Assembly (NCBI RefSeq): GCF_000195755.1 | Contig: NC_002937.3 | Span: forward strand, 360,001 to 392,000 | Reading direction: 5' to 3' | Source of the DNA: Nitratidesulfovibrio vulgaris str. Hildenborough | GTDB taxonomy: Bacteria; Desulfobacterota; Desulfovibrionia; Desulfovibrionales; Desulfovibrionaceae | DNA length: 32,000 nt | Shown: positions 1-10,216 of the stretch, piece by piece | Position numbering within the stretch: position 1 is the first letter of the stretch | Layout of the letters: each line of letters starts with the position of its first letter | Position numbers and translations under genes: made by a program | Notes under the pieces: model-generated | What the model saw: only the letters and a program-made list of their open reading frames with translations | Databases searched by the model: none | Told to the model about the DNA's origin: nothing

Positions 1-401
1 TTGACGGTGTCCACGGTGGTGACGTTGGCCTCGTAGCCGCGCTGGGCGGTCATGAGGTTGGCCATCTCCTCCACCACGTTGATGTCAGGGTACGAGACGA
101 ACCCCTGCTGGTCGGCATCGGGGTGCCCCGGTTCGTACACGCGCTTGAAGGGCCGCTGGTCGCGTACCACGTTCATCACGCGCACACCGCGCAGTTCACG
201 GTCGAGTGCAGACTCCATCTGCTTGCTGAAGGGGCCGTCCACCTCGGTGGCGGCCATGATGGTGGTCTTGCGGCGATAGGGGCCGCCCTCGGCCGTGCGC
301 GTGGTCTTGGCGTTGGCGAGGTTCATCGAGATGATGTTCATGTTCGTGCGTTCCGCCGTGAGCGCGGAAGCGCCGATATCGAGCGCGGTCATGAAGTCCA
401 T
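1..401 (-). CDS. flgC: Flagellar basal-body rod protein FlgC, C-terminal end cut by the window edge
   Basis: Minus-strand frame starting at ATG 401-399 reads MDFMTALDIGASALTAERTNMNIISMNLANAKTT...DINVVEEMANLMTAQRGYEANVTTVDTV, with typical FlgC N- and C-terminal rod motifs. It is not in the ORF track because it runs off the window. Its start overlaps the flgB stop (TAATG). Confidence 0.9.
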   Translation of the reverse strand, partial: MDFMTALDIGASALTAERTNMNIISMNLANAKTTRTAEGGPYRRKTTIMAATEVDGPFSKQMESALDRELRGVRVMNVVRDQRPFKRVYEPGHPDADQQGFVSYPDINVVEEMANLMTAQRGYEANVTTVDTV

Positions 402-811
402 TACTTCTGGCCCTCCATGATGATGGTCTTGATGCCTTCGAAGTTGCCTTTGATGACCGTGGCAAGGGCGTTGTACTGCAGCGACGCCTTGGCCATCTTG
501 GTCATCTCCTTGTCCAGATTGACGCGGTCCTCACCGTGGACGACCCGCGGCTTGAAGGTCTTCGACCACTCAGGGCCGAAGCCCTCGGGGTCGAAGACGG
601 CGGGCAGATGCTGTTTCTCGGTGATGGTCATGCGCCCTTTGGCGTCCAGCCCCAGTGCCGACTGAAGCTCCTTCTCGAACTCGAGCTCGCGCGGCTTGTA
701 GCCGGGCGTGCGCACGTTCGCGATGTTGCTCATGACGACATTCTGACGCTGGAGTTGCATGTCCATGACCTTGCCCACAAGGTTCACGTGGGATTCATAC
801 ATGTTTTTCAT
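401..811 (-). CDS. flgB: Flagellar basal-body rod protein FlgB (136 aa)
   Basis: ORF 401..811 has the N-terminal rod motif (QNVVMSNIANVRTPGYKPRELEF) and C-terminal MTKMAKASLQYNA. GGAGG lies 6-7 nt upstream of the ATG, and flgC follows directly. Confidence 0.9.
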   Translation of the reverse strand: MKNMYESHVNLVGKVMDMQLQRQNVVMSNIANVRTPGYKPRELEFEKELQSALGLDAKGRMTITEKQHLPAVFDPEGFGPEWSKTFKPRVVHGEDRVNLDKEMTKMAKASLQYNALATVIKGNFEGIKTIIMEGQK

Positions 812-885
812 GCGGTTACCTCCGTATCGTCATGTCCGTGGCAGACGTTGCCGGTTGCGTGTCCGCTTCCGACGACAGGAGGAAA

Positions 886-900
886 GCAAAAAGGGTTCCA
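886..900 (-). promoter_or_regulatory. Candidate sigma-54 (-24/-12) promoter for flgBC
   Basis: The minus strand reads TGGAAC-CCTTT-TTGCT. GG and GC are spaced exactly as in the TGGCAC-N5-TTGCW consensus. It lies about 75 nt upstream of the flgB ATG. Confidence 0.5.
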
Positions 901-1336
901 CGTATGATTTCGTTTCTATTCCAATGTGTTGAGTGGATTGTCAGGCGTGAGTGACGTCGGTAAGCCGTCGCCGGGAAGGTCGTCAGCACGTCTGTTTTGG
1001 TATGCACCAAGCCCCCGTGGGGGCGCAGGGGAGGCACCCTGTTACAATGGATAAAGGAAAGTATGCGGCGGACGGGGCGCTGGATGGCGACTGACATGGC
1101 GGGTTGTTTCCACAGGCATGGGTGGCTGCCGGCGGCGCAGGGGGGCTTCGCACCCTGCGGCACAGCTGGTGCAGGCATCCGTCGTGTGGCGTGAGGAAGG
1201 AGTTGCCTAGCGCAGCACTCAGGCGTACGAATCGCCTGCCTCTGGTGGACTTGCGGCGGCGGAAGGGTGACGTAATTGCCGGATGTCATCGTTGTGTGTT
1301 TCTGTAAGATGCTGTAAAAATGGAAGTTGATTTTTT

Positions 1337-1352
1337 GGGCATGGCGCTTGCT
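1337..1352 (+). promoter_or_regulatory. Candidate sigma-54 (-24/-12) promoter for the TPR gene
   Basis: The plus strand reads gGGCAT-GGCGC-TTGCT with correct GG-N10-GC spacing. An AT-rich tract (ctgtaagatgctgtaaaaatggaagttgatttttt) precedes it. It lies about 100 nt upstream of the ATG at 1450. Confidence 0.5.
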
Positions 1353-1449
1353 TGGTATCTCGTGCCTGCTCTGCCAGCGGCCCCCGTCATGCAGGCGGCA
1401 AGGGCGCGCAGACAAGGCTTCAACGTCCCACTGTCATGGAGGGGAAACC

Positions 1450-2013
1450 ATGAGCAGCCATCTGGATTACGAAATCAACAAGGAATTGGGCGAGTGCTAC
1501 CTGTTCATGGGTGACCTCGAAAAGGCGGAGGACTACTACCGCAAGGCTGCCGCCAGCAATGGCGTGCATCCCGACCCATATCTCGGACTCGCAACCATCG
1601 CCGTCCAGCGCGGTGCGCTTTCGGACGCACTCGTCCTCTACCGCAAGGCGGCGGACATCGAAGCGGGAGACAAGGCCCTTGCGGGCATGGGTCTCGTGGA
1701 GATGGAACAGGGCGATGCCGAGGCGGCCTACGGGCACCTCGCCGCAGCGCTGGCGCTGAATCCCGAGAACCTTGTCGCCATGAATTGCATCGTGCGTCTC
1801 GGATACCATTTCGGGCGTGTCGCCGATGTCGTGCCGTACCTCGAGAATTATCTCTCTCTCGTCCCGGGAAAGGACACCGTGCGTACCACGCTTGCGGGCT
1901 GTCTCATCACCCTCGGACGCCCTGAAGAGGCACGTGCCCATCTTGAACAGGTGCTGGCCAGCGACCCCGCCAACCCCGAGGCGCGCTCACTGTATGAAGG
2001 TCTCGCCGCCTAG
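1450..2013 (+). CDS. Tetratricopeptide-repeat (TPR) protein, 187 aa
   Basis: An internal ATG of ORF 1327..2013 is preceded by GGAGGGGA. The sequence MSSHLDYEINKELGECYLFMGDLEKAEDYYRKA..., with repeated A/L/Y/G/P-spaced 34-residue units, is TPR-like. GC3 is high downstream of 1450 only. Confidence 0.75.
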   Translation: MSSHLDYEINKELGECYLFMGDLEKAEDYYRKAAASNGVHPDPYLGLATIAVQRGALSDALVLYRKAADIEAGDKALAGMGLVEMEQGDAEAAYGHLAAALALNPENLVAMNCIVRLGYHFGRVADVVPYLENYLSLVPGKDTVRTTLAGCLITLGRPEEARAHLEQVLASDPANPEARSLYEGLAA

Positions 2014-2040
2014 TGCGGCGTGCGATACTCCCCTCCCCAT

Positions 2041-2080
2041 GATTTTCCGGCCCCTTCGCTGGCGCTGGGGGCCGGAAAAT
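2041..2080 (+). terminator. Stem-loop downstream of the TPR gene (14-bp perfect stem, 12-nt loop)
   Basis: gattttccggcccc / ggggccggaaaatc is a perfect inverted repeat with no clear U-tail. Confidence 0.35.
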
Positions 2081-2097
2081 CTCTTAACGCCGAGGGC

Positions 2098-2129
2098 AAG
2101 GGCTGCATCCTGAAGATGCGGCCCTTTTT
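2098..2129 (+). terminator. Rho-independent terminator of the TPR gene
   Basis: aagggctgcatc-ctgaa-gatgcggccctt forms a 12-bp stem with one G-U pair, followed by tttttgcgttctt. Confidence 0.7.
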
Positions 2130-2436
2130 GCGTTCTTCCGGGGGGGATGAGGGTGACGTGGTACAGGCGTGCGCGTGCCCGGTGTCCGTCCTATCAGGGG
2201 GCCGTCGGGGCTGCATGAACGCGCGCTGGGTCACTTTGCGTGGCGCGGGTCGCTTCCGCGTCGACTGCGCAGGGGAGGGCGTCTGCAACCGGCATGATGC
2301 TGCGAGGCAATGCCCGTGAGACACCTTCCGGCGTCAGCGGTAGGCCGAGGGGGCGATACCGGAACAGCCGACAGGTCACGGACGGGCTGGAGGCTGCCTT
2401 GCAGTGCCACAAGCACCGGGCGAGTCGCCAAATGCA

Positions 2437-2458
2437 AAGGCCGCCCGGAGGCGGCCTT
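2437..2458 (-). terminator. Stem-loop downstream of the epimerase gene
   Basis: aaggccgcc-cgga-ggcggcctt forms a 9-bp GC-rich stem 27 nt past the stop at 2485. On the minus strand it is followed by tgcatttgg. Confidence 0.5.
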
Positions 2459-2484
2459 GATGGATGGCATGCAGCGTGCGGTGA

Positions 2485-3510
2485 CTACTTCAGGTTGGCG
2501 GCGTACCAGTCGCCAGCCAGTCGCAGCCCCTCGCGCACGTCGTACACCGGGGCGTAGCCCAGAAGCGTCTGTGCGCGGGTGATGTCGGCCAGCGAGTGAC
2601 GCACGTCTCCCGCGCGGAAGTCGCGATGCACGCAGGTGGCCCCGGCGGCTTCGGGCTTGTGACGCACCACCTCTTCGCGAATGAGGTCGAAGAGTTCGTT
2701 CAGTGTGGTGCGCTGGCCGAAGGCCACGTTGTACACCTTGTCGCGTGCTTCGGCAGGGGCCAGCGAAGCGAGGATGTTGGCCTGCACCACGTTGTCGATG
2801 TAGCAGAAGTCGCGGCTGGTCTCGCCGTCGCCGTTCACGAACACGGTCTCGCCGCGCAGCAGGCTGGCGAACCACTGGGGGATGACGGCTGCGTAGGCAC
2901 CGAAGGGGTCCTGGCGCTGCCCGAAGACGTTGAAGTAGCGCAGCCCGATGGCGGTGAAGCCGTAGCAGCGCGCGAACACGTCGGCGTAGAGTTCGTTGAC
3001 GTACTTGGTGACGGCGTAGGGCGAAAGCGGCTTGCCGATGATGTCCTCGACCTTGGGCAGCGTCGGTTCGTCACCGTAGGTGGAACTGGACGCCGCGTAG
3101 ACGAAGCTCTTGGCGCCGGCATCACGGGCGGCCACCAGCATGTTGACGAAACCGGTGATGTTGCACTCGTTGGAGAGGATGGGGTCGTCGATGGAGCGCG
3201 GTACCGACCCGAGGGCCGCCTGATGCAGCACATGGTCGACGCCCTTGCAGGCTTCGTGGCAGGTGGCGAGGTCGCGGATGTCGCCCTCGATGAAGCGGAA
3301 CGACGCCCAACGCTCTTCGCCCACGAGGTCGCGCACCATGTCGAGGTTGCGCTGGTAGCCGGTGAGGAAATTGTCGAGGCCCACCACGCGCTGTCCCTGC
3401 CTGAGCAGGGTCTCCAGCAGGTTGGAGCCGATGAACCCGGCTACGCCCGTGACAAGCCATGTGCGCGGGCTGGCGTTGATGTCCTGCAGGACGGAGTCGA
3501 ACGTGCTCAT
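2485..3510 (-). CDS. wbpP: UDP-N-acetylglucosamine 4-epimerase-like extended SDR (WbpP/TviC type), 341 aa
   Basis: It has [16 protein letters not shown] (Rossmann GxxGxxG), [12 protein letters not shown], a [11 protein letters not shown] (YxxxK) catalytic motif and [17 protein letters not shown] lies upstream of the ATG. Confidence 0.8.
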   Translation of the reverse strand: MSTFDSVLQDINASPRTWLVTGVAGFIGSNLLETLLRQGQRVVGLDNFLTGYQRNLDMVRDLVGEERWASFRFIEGDIRDLATCHEACKGVDHVLHQAALGSVPRSIDDPILSNECNITGFVNMLVAARDAGAKSFVYAASSSTYGDEPTLPKVEDIIGKPLSPYAVTKYVNELYADVFARCYGFTAIGLRYFNVFGQRQDPFGAYAAVIPQWFASLLRGETVFVNGDGETSRDFCYIDNVVQANILASLAPAEARDKVYNVAFGQRTTLNELFDLIREEVVRHKPEAAGATCVHRDFRAGDVRHSLADITRAQTLLGYAPVYDVREGLRLAGDWYAANLK

Positions 3511-3641
3511 TGTATACCTCCGGGCGGTACGGGCCGCCGTTGTGTGCGATATGCCGCGTGCCCCGGCGGGGCATACGGCCTAGCCGGATGTATACACTTG
3601 GACGAGGCCTGTAAAGGCGCGCACGTTAGAAGCTGCGAGCG

Positions 3642-3902
3642 CTACAGTTCAAGCAGGCGCGCGACGCGTGCCGGGTCGAGTCCGCCATGCGCGTCGGCGG
3701 GGCCGTCACCCAGAAGGCGCAGCACTTCGCCGTAGGCCTGGTCGGCGTCATCGGCAGCGGGGCGCACGGGCACACCGGCAAGCTGGTCGGCAGGGCTGGT
3801 GGTGCTGCGTTTGCGTTCGGCGAGGTCGCGGACACGGTGCAGCAGCGAGTCGACGCGGGAGAACGGATCGTTCACGGAATGGGTGGCGGTGATGGTGGAC
3901 AT
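3642..3902 (-). CDS. Small hypothetical protein, 86 aa, no recognisable family
   Basis: An internal ATG of ORF 3642..3944 is preceded by CCGGAGGTAGCC. GC3 is consistently high across the frame. The sequence is MSTITATHSVNDPFSRVDSLLHRVRDLAERKR...GLDPARVARLLEL. Confidence 0.55.
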   Translation of the reverse strand: MSTITATHSVNDPFSRVDSLLHRVRDLAERKRSTTSPADQLAGVPVRPAADDADQAYGEVLRLLGDGPADAHGGLDPARVARLLEL

Positions 3903-4048
3903 GGCTACCTCCGGCAGGGTTTTCCTTGTGGCGGAAACAAGCAAGAAGCGTGCAAGCTGGTGCGTCGAGCGCCTTGATGGCGCCTTCGATGTGGCGCTTC
4001 GACGTCACGTTTCACCATGGCGCATCGGGGACGCCTCGTCGGGCAAGG

Positions 4049-4072
4049 CTGCCGTGTGCGGCCGCACGGCAG
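4049..4072. other. GC-rich hairpin containing GCGGCCGC
   Basis: ctgccgtgtg-cggc-cgcacggcag forms a 10-bp stem including one G-U pair. It lies in the intergenic region upstream of coaX. Confidence 0.4.
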
Positions 4073-4144
4073 GCGTAACCATCGTAAGGGGCAAGTGCAG
4101 CCTTGCGTTTCCGGGGCGACACGGTACACTCTTGCAGGCGGCTT

Positions 4145-4178
4145 CTGCCGCCGAACCGTGTCTGCCGCCGAACCGTGT
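4145..4178. repeat. Perfect tandem duplication of a 17-bp unit (ctgccgccgaaccgtgt x2)
   Basis: Read directly: 4145-4161 equals 4162-4178. It lies 41 nt upstream of the coaX ATG. Confidence 0.95.
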
Positions 4179-4218
4179 CGGGCAAGACGCGGGCCATTTT
4201 CCGGAGGCCGCACATCGC

Positions 4219-6409
<2,191 letters not shown>

Positions 6410-6563
6410 TCCGCTTGCCTTTCGCGCCCGCAGCCGTTATGAAGCCGCCAGCGAAGGCCCGCCCCGACGGTGTGGCCCGCCAACGGAGATGACATGACGG
6501 ATACGGGTACGTTCAGCGGGGCTTATGGCCCCACCGCCACGCGCCCTTGACGTGCGTCCGTGA

Positions 6564-6604
6564 ACCGGCCGGAACCCCTACAGGTTCCGGCCGGTATTCT
6601 TTTC
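6564..6604 (+). terminator. Rho-independent terminator after eno
   Basis: accggccggaacc-cctaca-ggttccggccggt forms a 13-bp perfect stem followed by attcttttc. It ends about 18 nt before the folD ATG. Confidence 0.8.
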
Positions 6605-6621
6605 AAGCAGGAGGAGAGCCG

Positions 6622-7482
6622 ATGCAATTGCTCGACGGCAAGGCCACAGCGGCCACCATTCGCGAAGAACTGCGCGCCGAGATAGCCGCGCTGACCCCGC
6701 GCGCCCGCCGCGCACCGGGGCTTGCGGTCATCCTCGTGGGTGAGGACCCCGCGTCGCAGGTCTATGTGCGCAACAAGGAAAGGGCCTGCCACGATACGGG
6801 TATCGTGTCCGAGGCGTTTCGCCTTGCCCCCACCACGACACAGGAAGAGCTTGAACGGCTCATCGCCGACCTGAACGTTCGCCCCGACATCGACGGCATC
6901 CTGTTGCAGCTGCCCCTGCCGCGCGGTCTCGACGCCCAGCGTTGCCTCGAGGCCATCGACCCCGCCAAGGACGTGGACGGCTTCCATCCCCAGAACATGG
7001 GGCGTCTCGCCCTCGGGCTGCCGGGGTTCCGTCCCTGTACCCCTGCCGGGGTGATGACGCTGCTGGAGCGGTACGACCTCTCGCCCTCCGGTCGCAAGGC
7101 CGTGGTGGTGGGCCGCAGCAACATCGTGGGCAAGCCCCTCGCCCTCATGCTGGGCGCACCGGGCAAGTACGCCAACGCGACGGTGACGGTCTGCCACTCG
7201 GGCACCCCCGACCTCGCGGCCGAATGCCGTACTGCCGATTTCCTCTTTCTTGCCATCGGGCGTCCGCGGTTCGTCACTGCCGACATGGTACGTGAAGGCG
7301 CCGTCGTGGTGGACGTGGGCATCAACCGCACCGAGACGGGTCTTGCGGGCGACTGTGACTTCGAGGGCGTAAGCCGTGTGGCCTCTGCCATCACCCCCGT
7401 CCCCGGCGGCGTGGGCCCCATGACCATCGCGCAACTGCTGGTGAACACCGTCCAGTCGTGGAAGGTGCGCTGCGGGCTGTAG
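6622..7482 (+). CDS. folD: Bifunctional methylenetetrahydrofolate dehydrogenase/cyclohydrolase (286 aa)
   Basis: It has [60 protein letters not shown] and [18 protein letters not shown] lies upstream. Confidence 0.95.
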   Translation: MQLLDGKATAATIREELRAEIAALTPRARRAPGLAVILVGEDPASQVYVRNKERACHDTGIVSEAFRLAPTTTQEELERLIADLNVRPDIDGILLQLPLPRGLDAQRCLEAIDPAKDVDGFHPQNMGRLALGLPGFRPCTPAGVMTLLERYDLSPSGRKAVVVGRSNIVGKPLALMLGAPGKYANATVTVCHSGTPDLAAECRTADFLFLAIGRPRFVTADMVREGAVVVDVGINRTETGLAGDCDFEGVSRVASAITPVPGGVGPMTIAQLLVNTVQSWKVRCGL

Positions 7483-7646
7483 TGTTGCGGGCACAGCGCG
7501 TCGGGCTTCGGGGCTGGCGTCCGTAGCGCATGGCGGGACAGTGATTGCCTGCTGCCGTGCCGCCCGTCGTACCTTCCCTCTTGCCGTCCCCCTTGCCGCC
7601 GCGCGCCAGTACAACTGGCCCTTCTCTTCGGATATATGATCGCATC

Positions 7647-7676
7647 GAAGCGCGTCGCCCCTAGGTGGCGCGCTTC
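7647..7676 (+). terminator. Stem-loop 165 nt downstream of folD
   Basis: gaagcgcgtcgcc-ccta-ggtggcgcgcttc forms a 13-bp stem with two G-U pairs, followed by ttcattg. Confidence 0.4.
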
Positions 7677-7837
7677 TTCATTGCCCGTCGCGGGTGGAGG
7701 TGGCGATGGAGGGAGTACAGGCCGCTGGGGCGCAGACTGCCGGGGCAGGGTATGGTGCCTCTGTCGTGCGCCGGTGCTCACCGCCTGCCGAATCTGCTGA
7801 CGCCGGGGATGAAATCCCGTCCCGGTCGGTCGTTGCG

Positions 7838-7867
7838 TTGACACCGCCCCTTGGTGCGGCGTAGCAA
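7838..7867 (+). promoter_or_regulatory. Weak candidate sigma-70 promoter for hypDE
   Basis: A perfect TTGACA at 7838-7843 is followed by an 18-nt spacer and TAGCAA (a poor -10). It lies 65 nt upstream of the hypD GTG. Confidence 0.2.
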
Positions 7868-7931
7868 CAACGGGACAGACGGAACATGACGACAGACCCA
7901 ACCCCCCTACAACGTTACAAGGAAGGGCCTC

Positions 7932-9029
7932 GTGAGCGTCGATTTCACCTCTTCGTTCAAGGACCCCGCGCTGTGTCGCGGGCTGCTCGACCGGCTGCAC
8001 CGGGAACTGGACAGGCCTCTGCGGTTCATGGAGGTGTGCGGTACGCACACCGTGGCCATCTTCCAGAGTGGCATCCGTCCGCTTCTGCCCGAGGGCGTCC
8101 GCCATCTTTCCGGGCCGGGGTGCCCGGTCTGCGTCACCCATGAAAGTGAGGTGGCGGCGTATCTCCAGCTTGCGGAACGCGGCGACGTCATCATCGCCAC
8201 CTTCGGCGACCTCATGCGCGTACCGGGCCCCGGCGGGCGCAATCTCAAGCTGGCACAGGCGCAGGGCGCACGCATCGAGGTGGTGTACTCCTCGTTCGAC
8301 GCGCTGAAGCTGGCTGCGGACAACCCCGGCGAGAAAGTCGTCTTCCTCGGCATCGGCTTCGAGACCACCGCACCCACCGTGGCTGGCACTGTGCAGATGG
8401 CCCGTGCACAGGGGCTGGACAATTTCATGGTGCTCTCGTTCCATAAACTGGTGCCGCCCGCGTTGCGCGCCCTGCTGGTCGACCCGGAATGTGCCGTCGA
8501 CGCCTTCCTGCTGCCCGGCCACGTCTCCACGGTGCTGGGCATCGAACCCTATCGCTTCGTGGCCACCGAATTCGGTACGCCGGGGGTCATCGCCGGTTTC
8601 GACCCTGTGGACATCCTTCAGGCGTTGCTCATCATGGTCGAACAGCGCAAGACGGGAGAGTATGGCATCGTCAACGCCTACCGTCGCGCAGTGGACGATG
8701 CGGGCAACCCGCGGGCACGACAGGTCATGGACGACGTGTTCATGCAGTCCGATGCGCTGTGGCGTGGCATCGGCCTCCTGCCGGGCAGCGGGCTGGTCTT
8801 CCGCCCCGAGTATGCAAGGTTCGACGCCATGCAGCGTCTGGGACTGACTCTGCCCGAAGCGCGCGATACGCCCGGTTGCAAGTGCGGTGATGTGCTCAAG
8901 GGCAAGATGCAGCCCAACGAATGTCCTCTTTTCGGCAAGGCCTGCGTGCCCGCAAAACCGGTGGGCCCGTGCATGGTCTCCACCGAAGGCAGCTGTGCCG
9001 CCTACTACAAATACAACGTCGAGGCGTAA
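7932..9029 (+). CDS. hypD: [NiFe]-hydrogenase maturation protein HypD (365 aa), GTG start
   Basis: It has FMEVCGTHT, GPGCPVCV, FLGIGFETTAP and LLPGHVS plus the C-terminal Cys-rich CKCG...CPLFG...C motifs. AAGGAAGG lies upstream of the GTG. Confidence 0.93.
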   Translation: MSVDFTSSFKDPALCRGLLDRLHRELDRPLRFMEVCGTHTVAIFQSGIRPLLPEGVRHLSGPGCPVCVTHESEVAAYLQLAERGDVIIATFGDLMRVPGPGGRNLKLAQAQGARIEVVYSSFDALKLAADNPGEKVVFLGIGFETTAPTVAGTVQMARAQGLDNFMVLSFHKLVPPALRALLVDPECAVDAFLLPGHVSTVLGIEPYRFVATEFGTPGVIAGFDPVDILQALLIMVEQRKTGEYGIVNAYRRAVDDAGNPRARQVMDDVFMQSDALWRGIGLLPGSGLVFRPEYARFDAMQRLGLTLPEARDTPGCKCGDVLKGKMQPNECPLFGKACVPAKPVGPCMVSTEGSCAAYYKYNVEA

Positions 9030-9035
9030 CGAATC

Positions 9036-10061
9036 ATGAGCGGCGAAACCCTTCTTCTCGATTACGGCAGCGGCGGGCGCGCATCGCACCGCCTCATTTC
9101 CGACCTCTTCCTCCGCCATTTCGACAACCCCATCCTCGGCACGCTCAACGACGCCGCCCGTCTCGACCTGACAGGCCCCCTCGCCATGAGCACCGACAGC
9201 TACACCGTAGACCCCATCTTCTTCCCCGGCGGCGACATCGGCACGCTGGCGGTGCACGGCACCGTCAACGACGTCTCCATGCTGGGCGCACGGCCGCGCT
9301 ACCTCAGCTGCGGTTTCATCCTCGAAGAGGGACTGGACATGGACATCCTCGAACGGGTGGTCGCCTCCATGGGGAAGGCCGCGCGTGAGGCGGGGGTGTT
9401 CATCGTGACGGGTGATACCAAGGTCGTGCCCCGTGGGGCCTGCGACAAGATGTTCATCAACACCACCGGCATCGGCGAGATTCTGGTCGACCCCGCGCCC
9501 TCGGGCGACAGGGCGCGCCCCGGTGACGCCATCCTCATCAGCGGCAGTATGGGCGACCACGGGCTGACCATCCTCTCGCAGCGTCAGGGGCTGAACTTCG
9601 CTGCGGATGTGTGCAGCGACTCGGCCTCCCTCAACAGGGTGGTGGAGAAGCTGGTGCTGGAGGTCGGCGACATCCACGTGCTGCGCGACCCCACCCGTGG
9701 GGGTCTCGCCACGACACTGAACGAGATAGCGGGCCAGTCGCAGGCCGTGTGCCATGTGCTGGAGACGGCCGTGCCCGTGCGCGAGTCGGTGCGCAACGGC
9801 TGCTCGTTCCTCGGACTCGACCCGCTGTATCTAGCCAATGAGGGCAAGCTCATCTGCATCCTGCCCGAGGAGAGGGCCGAGGCCGCGCTTGCCGTGTTGC
9901 GCGAAGGGCCGCACGGTGAACACGCTGCCCGCATCGGGAGTGTGAAGTCCGTCGGTGAACTCGGGGCAGCCCGGGCCGGTCAGGTGGTGATGGAGACGGC
10001 CCTTGGCGGGCACCGCCTGCTTTCCATGCTCGAAGGCGAGCAGTTGCCGCGCATCTGCTAG
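9036..10061 (+). CDS. hypE: [NiFe]-hydrogenase maturation protein HypE (341 aa)
   Basis: It has an AIR-synthase-like fold (GDIGTLAVHGTVNDVSMLGA, VTGDTKV) and the diagnostic C-terminal PRIC. It starts 7 nt after the hypD stop. Confidence 0.93.
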   Translation: MSGETLLLDYGSGGRASHRLISDLFLRHFDNPILGTLNDAARLDLTGPLAMSTDSYTVDPIFFPGGDIGTLAVHGTVNDVSMLGARPRYLSCGFILEEGLDMDILERVVASMGKAAREAGVFIVTGDTKVVPRGACDKMFINTTGIGEILVDPAPSGDRARPGDAILISGSMGDHGLTILSQRQGLNFAADVCSDSASLNRVVEKLVLEVGDIHVLRDPTRGGLATTLNEIAGQSQAVCHVLETAVPVRESVRNGCSFLGLDPLYLANEGKLICILPEERAEAALAVLREGPHGEHAARIGSVKSVGELGAARAGQVVMETALGGHRLLSMLEGEQLPRIC

Positions 10062-10153
10062 GGCTTCGGACTCTGCTCGAGGGCTTTCCGGGAACACTCC
10101 TGTTCGCCGATGCAGCCATCGCCACCCTCCCGTAGACGACCATCCATAAAGCA

Positions 10154-10185
10154 AAGGCCCGTCCGGCATGTACCGGACGGGCCTT
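10154..10185. terminator. Bidirectional terminator between convergent hypE and the sugar transferase gene
   Basis: aaggcccgtccgg-catgta-ccggacgggcctt forms a 13-bp perfect stem. A T-rich stretch follows on the plus strand (gtctcttgcgtttcc). Confidence 0.75.
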
Positions 10186-10216
10186 GTCTCTTGCGTTTCC
10201 GCAGTCGCAGGGCCGA

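Noticed and set aside
839-851. TGGCAG...TTGC sigma-54-like motif on the plus strand
   Set aside because: GG-to-GC spacing is 2 nt too short for sigma-54, which is strict about spacing. It is also about 600 nt from the next plus-strand gene.
816-1415. 199-aa minus-strand ORF filling the flgB/TPR intergenic region
   Set aside because: The translation is rich in R/H/C/T with no hydrophobic core pattern, GC3 is not elevated and there is no SD. The region is better explained as a divergent promoter region.
2130-2436. About 300 nt of unassigned sequence between the convergent TPR and epimerase genes (possible sRNA or small ORF)
   Set aside because: I found no promoter-like element, SD-preceded ORF or conserved-looking structure. 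The overlapping ORFs (2010..2324, 2020..2319, 2194..2412) look like noise. It remains unassigned rather than called.
4058-4069. 12-mer gcggccgcacgg shared with 25777-25788
   Set aside because: A single shared GC-only 12-mer in 32 kb of GC-rich DNA is close to chance expectation by a rough base-composition estimate. The flanks do not match.
3799-4218. In-frame 140-aa N-terminal extension of coaX (ORF 3799..5007)
   Set aside because: The type III pantothenate kinase DxGNT motif must lie at the extreme N-terminus. The ATG at 4219 has an SD. The extension contains hairpins and a tandem repeat and overlaps the divergent small ORF.
7851-7866. TTGGTGC...GCA sigma-54-like motif upstream of hypD
   Set aside because: GG-to-GC spacing is 1 nt short of the consensus.
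6762-9755. 997-aa minus-strand ORF spanning folD, hypD and hypE
   Set aside because: It is an antisense shadow ORF. The opposite strand encodes three proteins with unmistakable family signatures. The translation is Arg/Gly/His/Pro-rich with no motifs. Long stop-free antisense frames are expected in GC-rich DNA.
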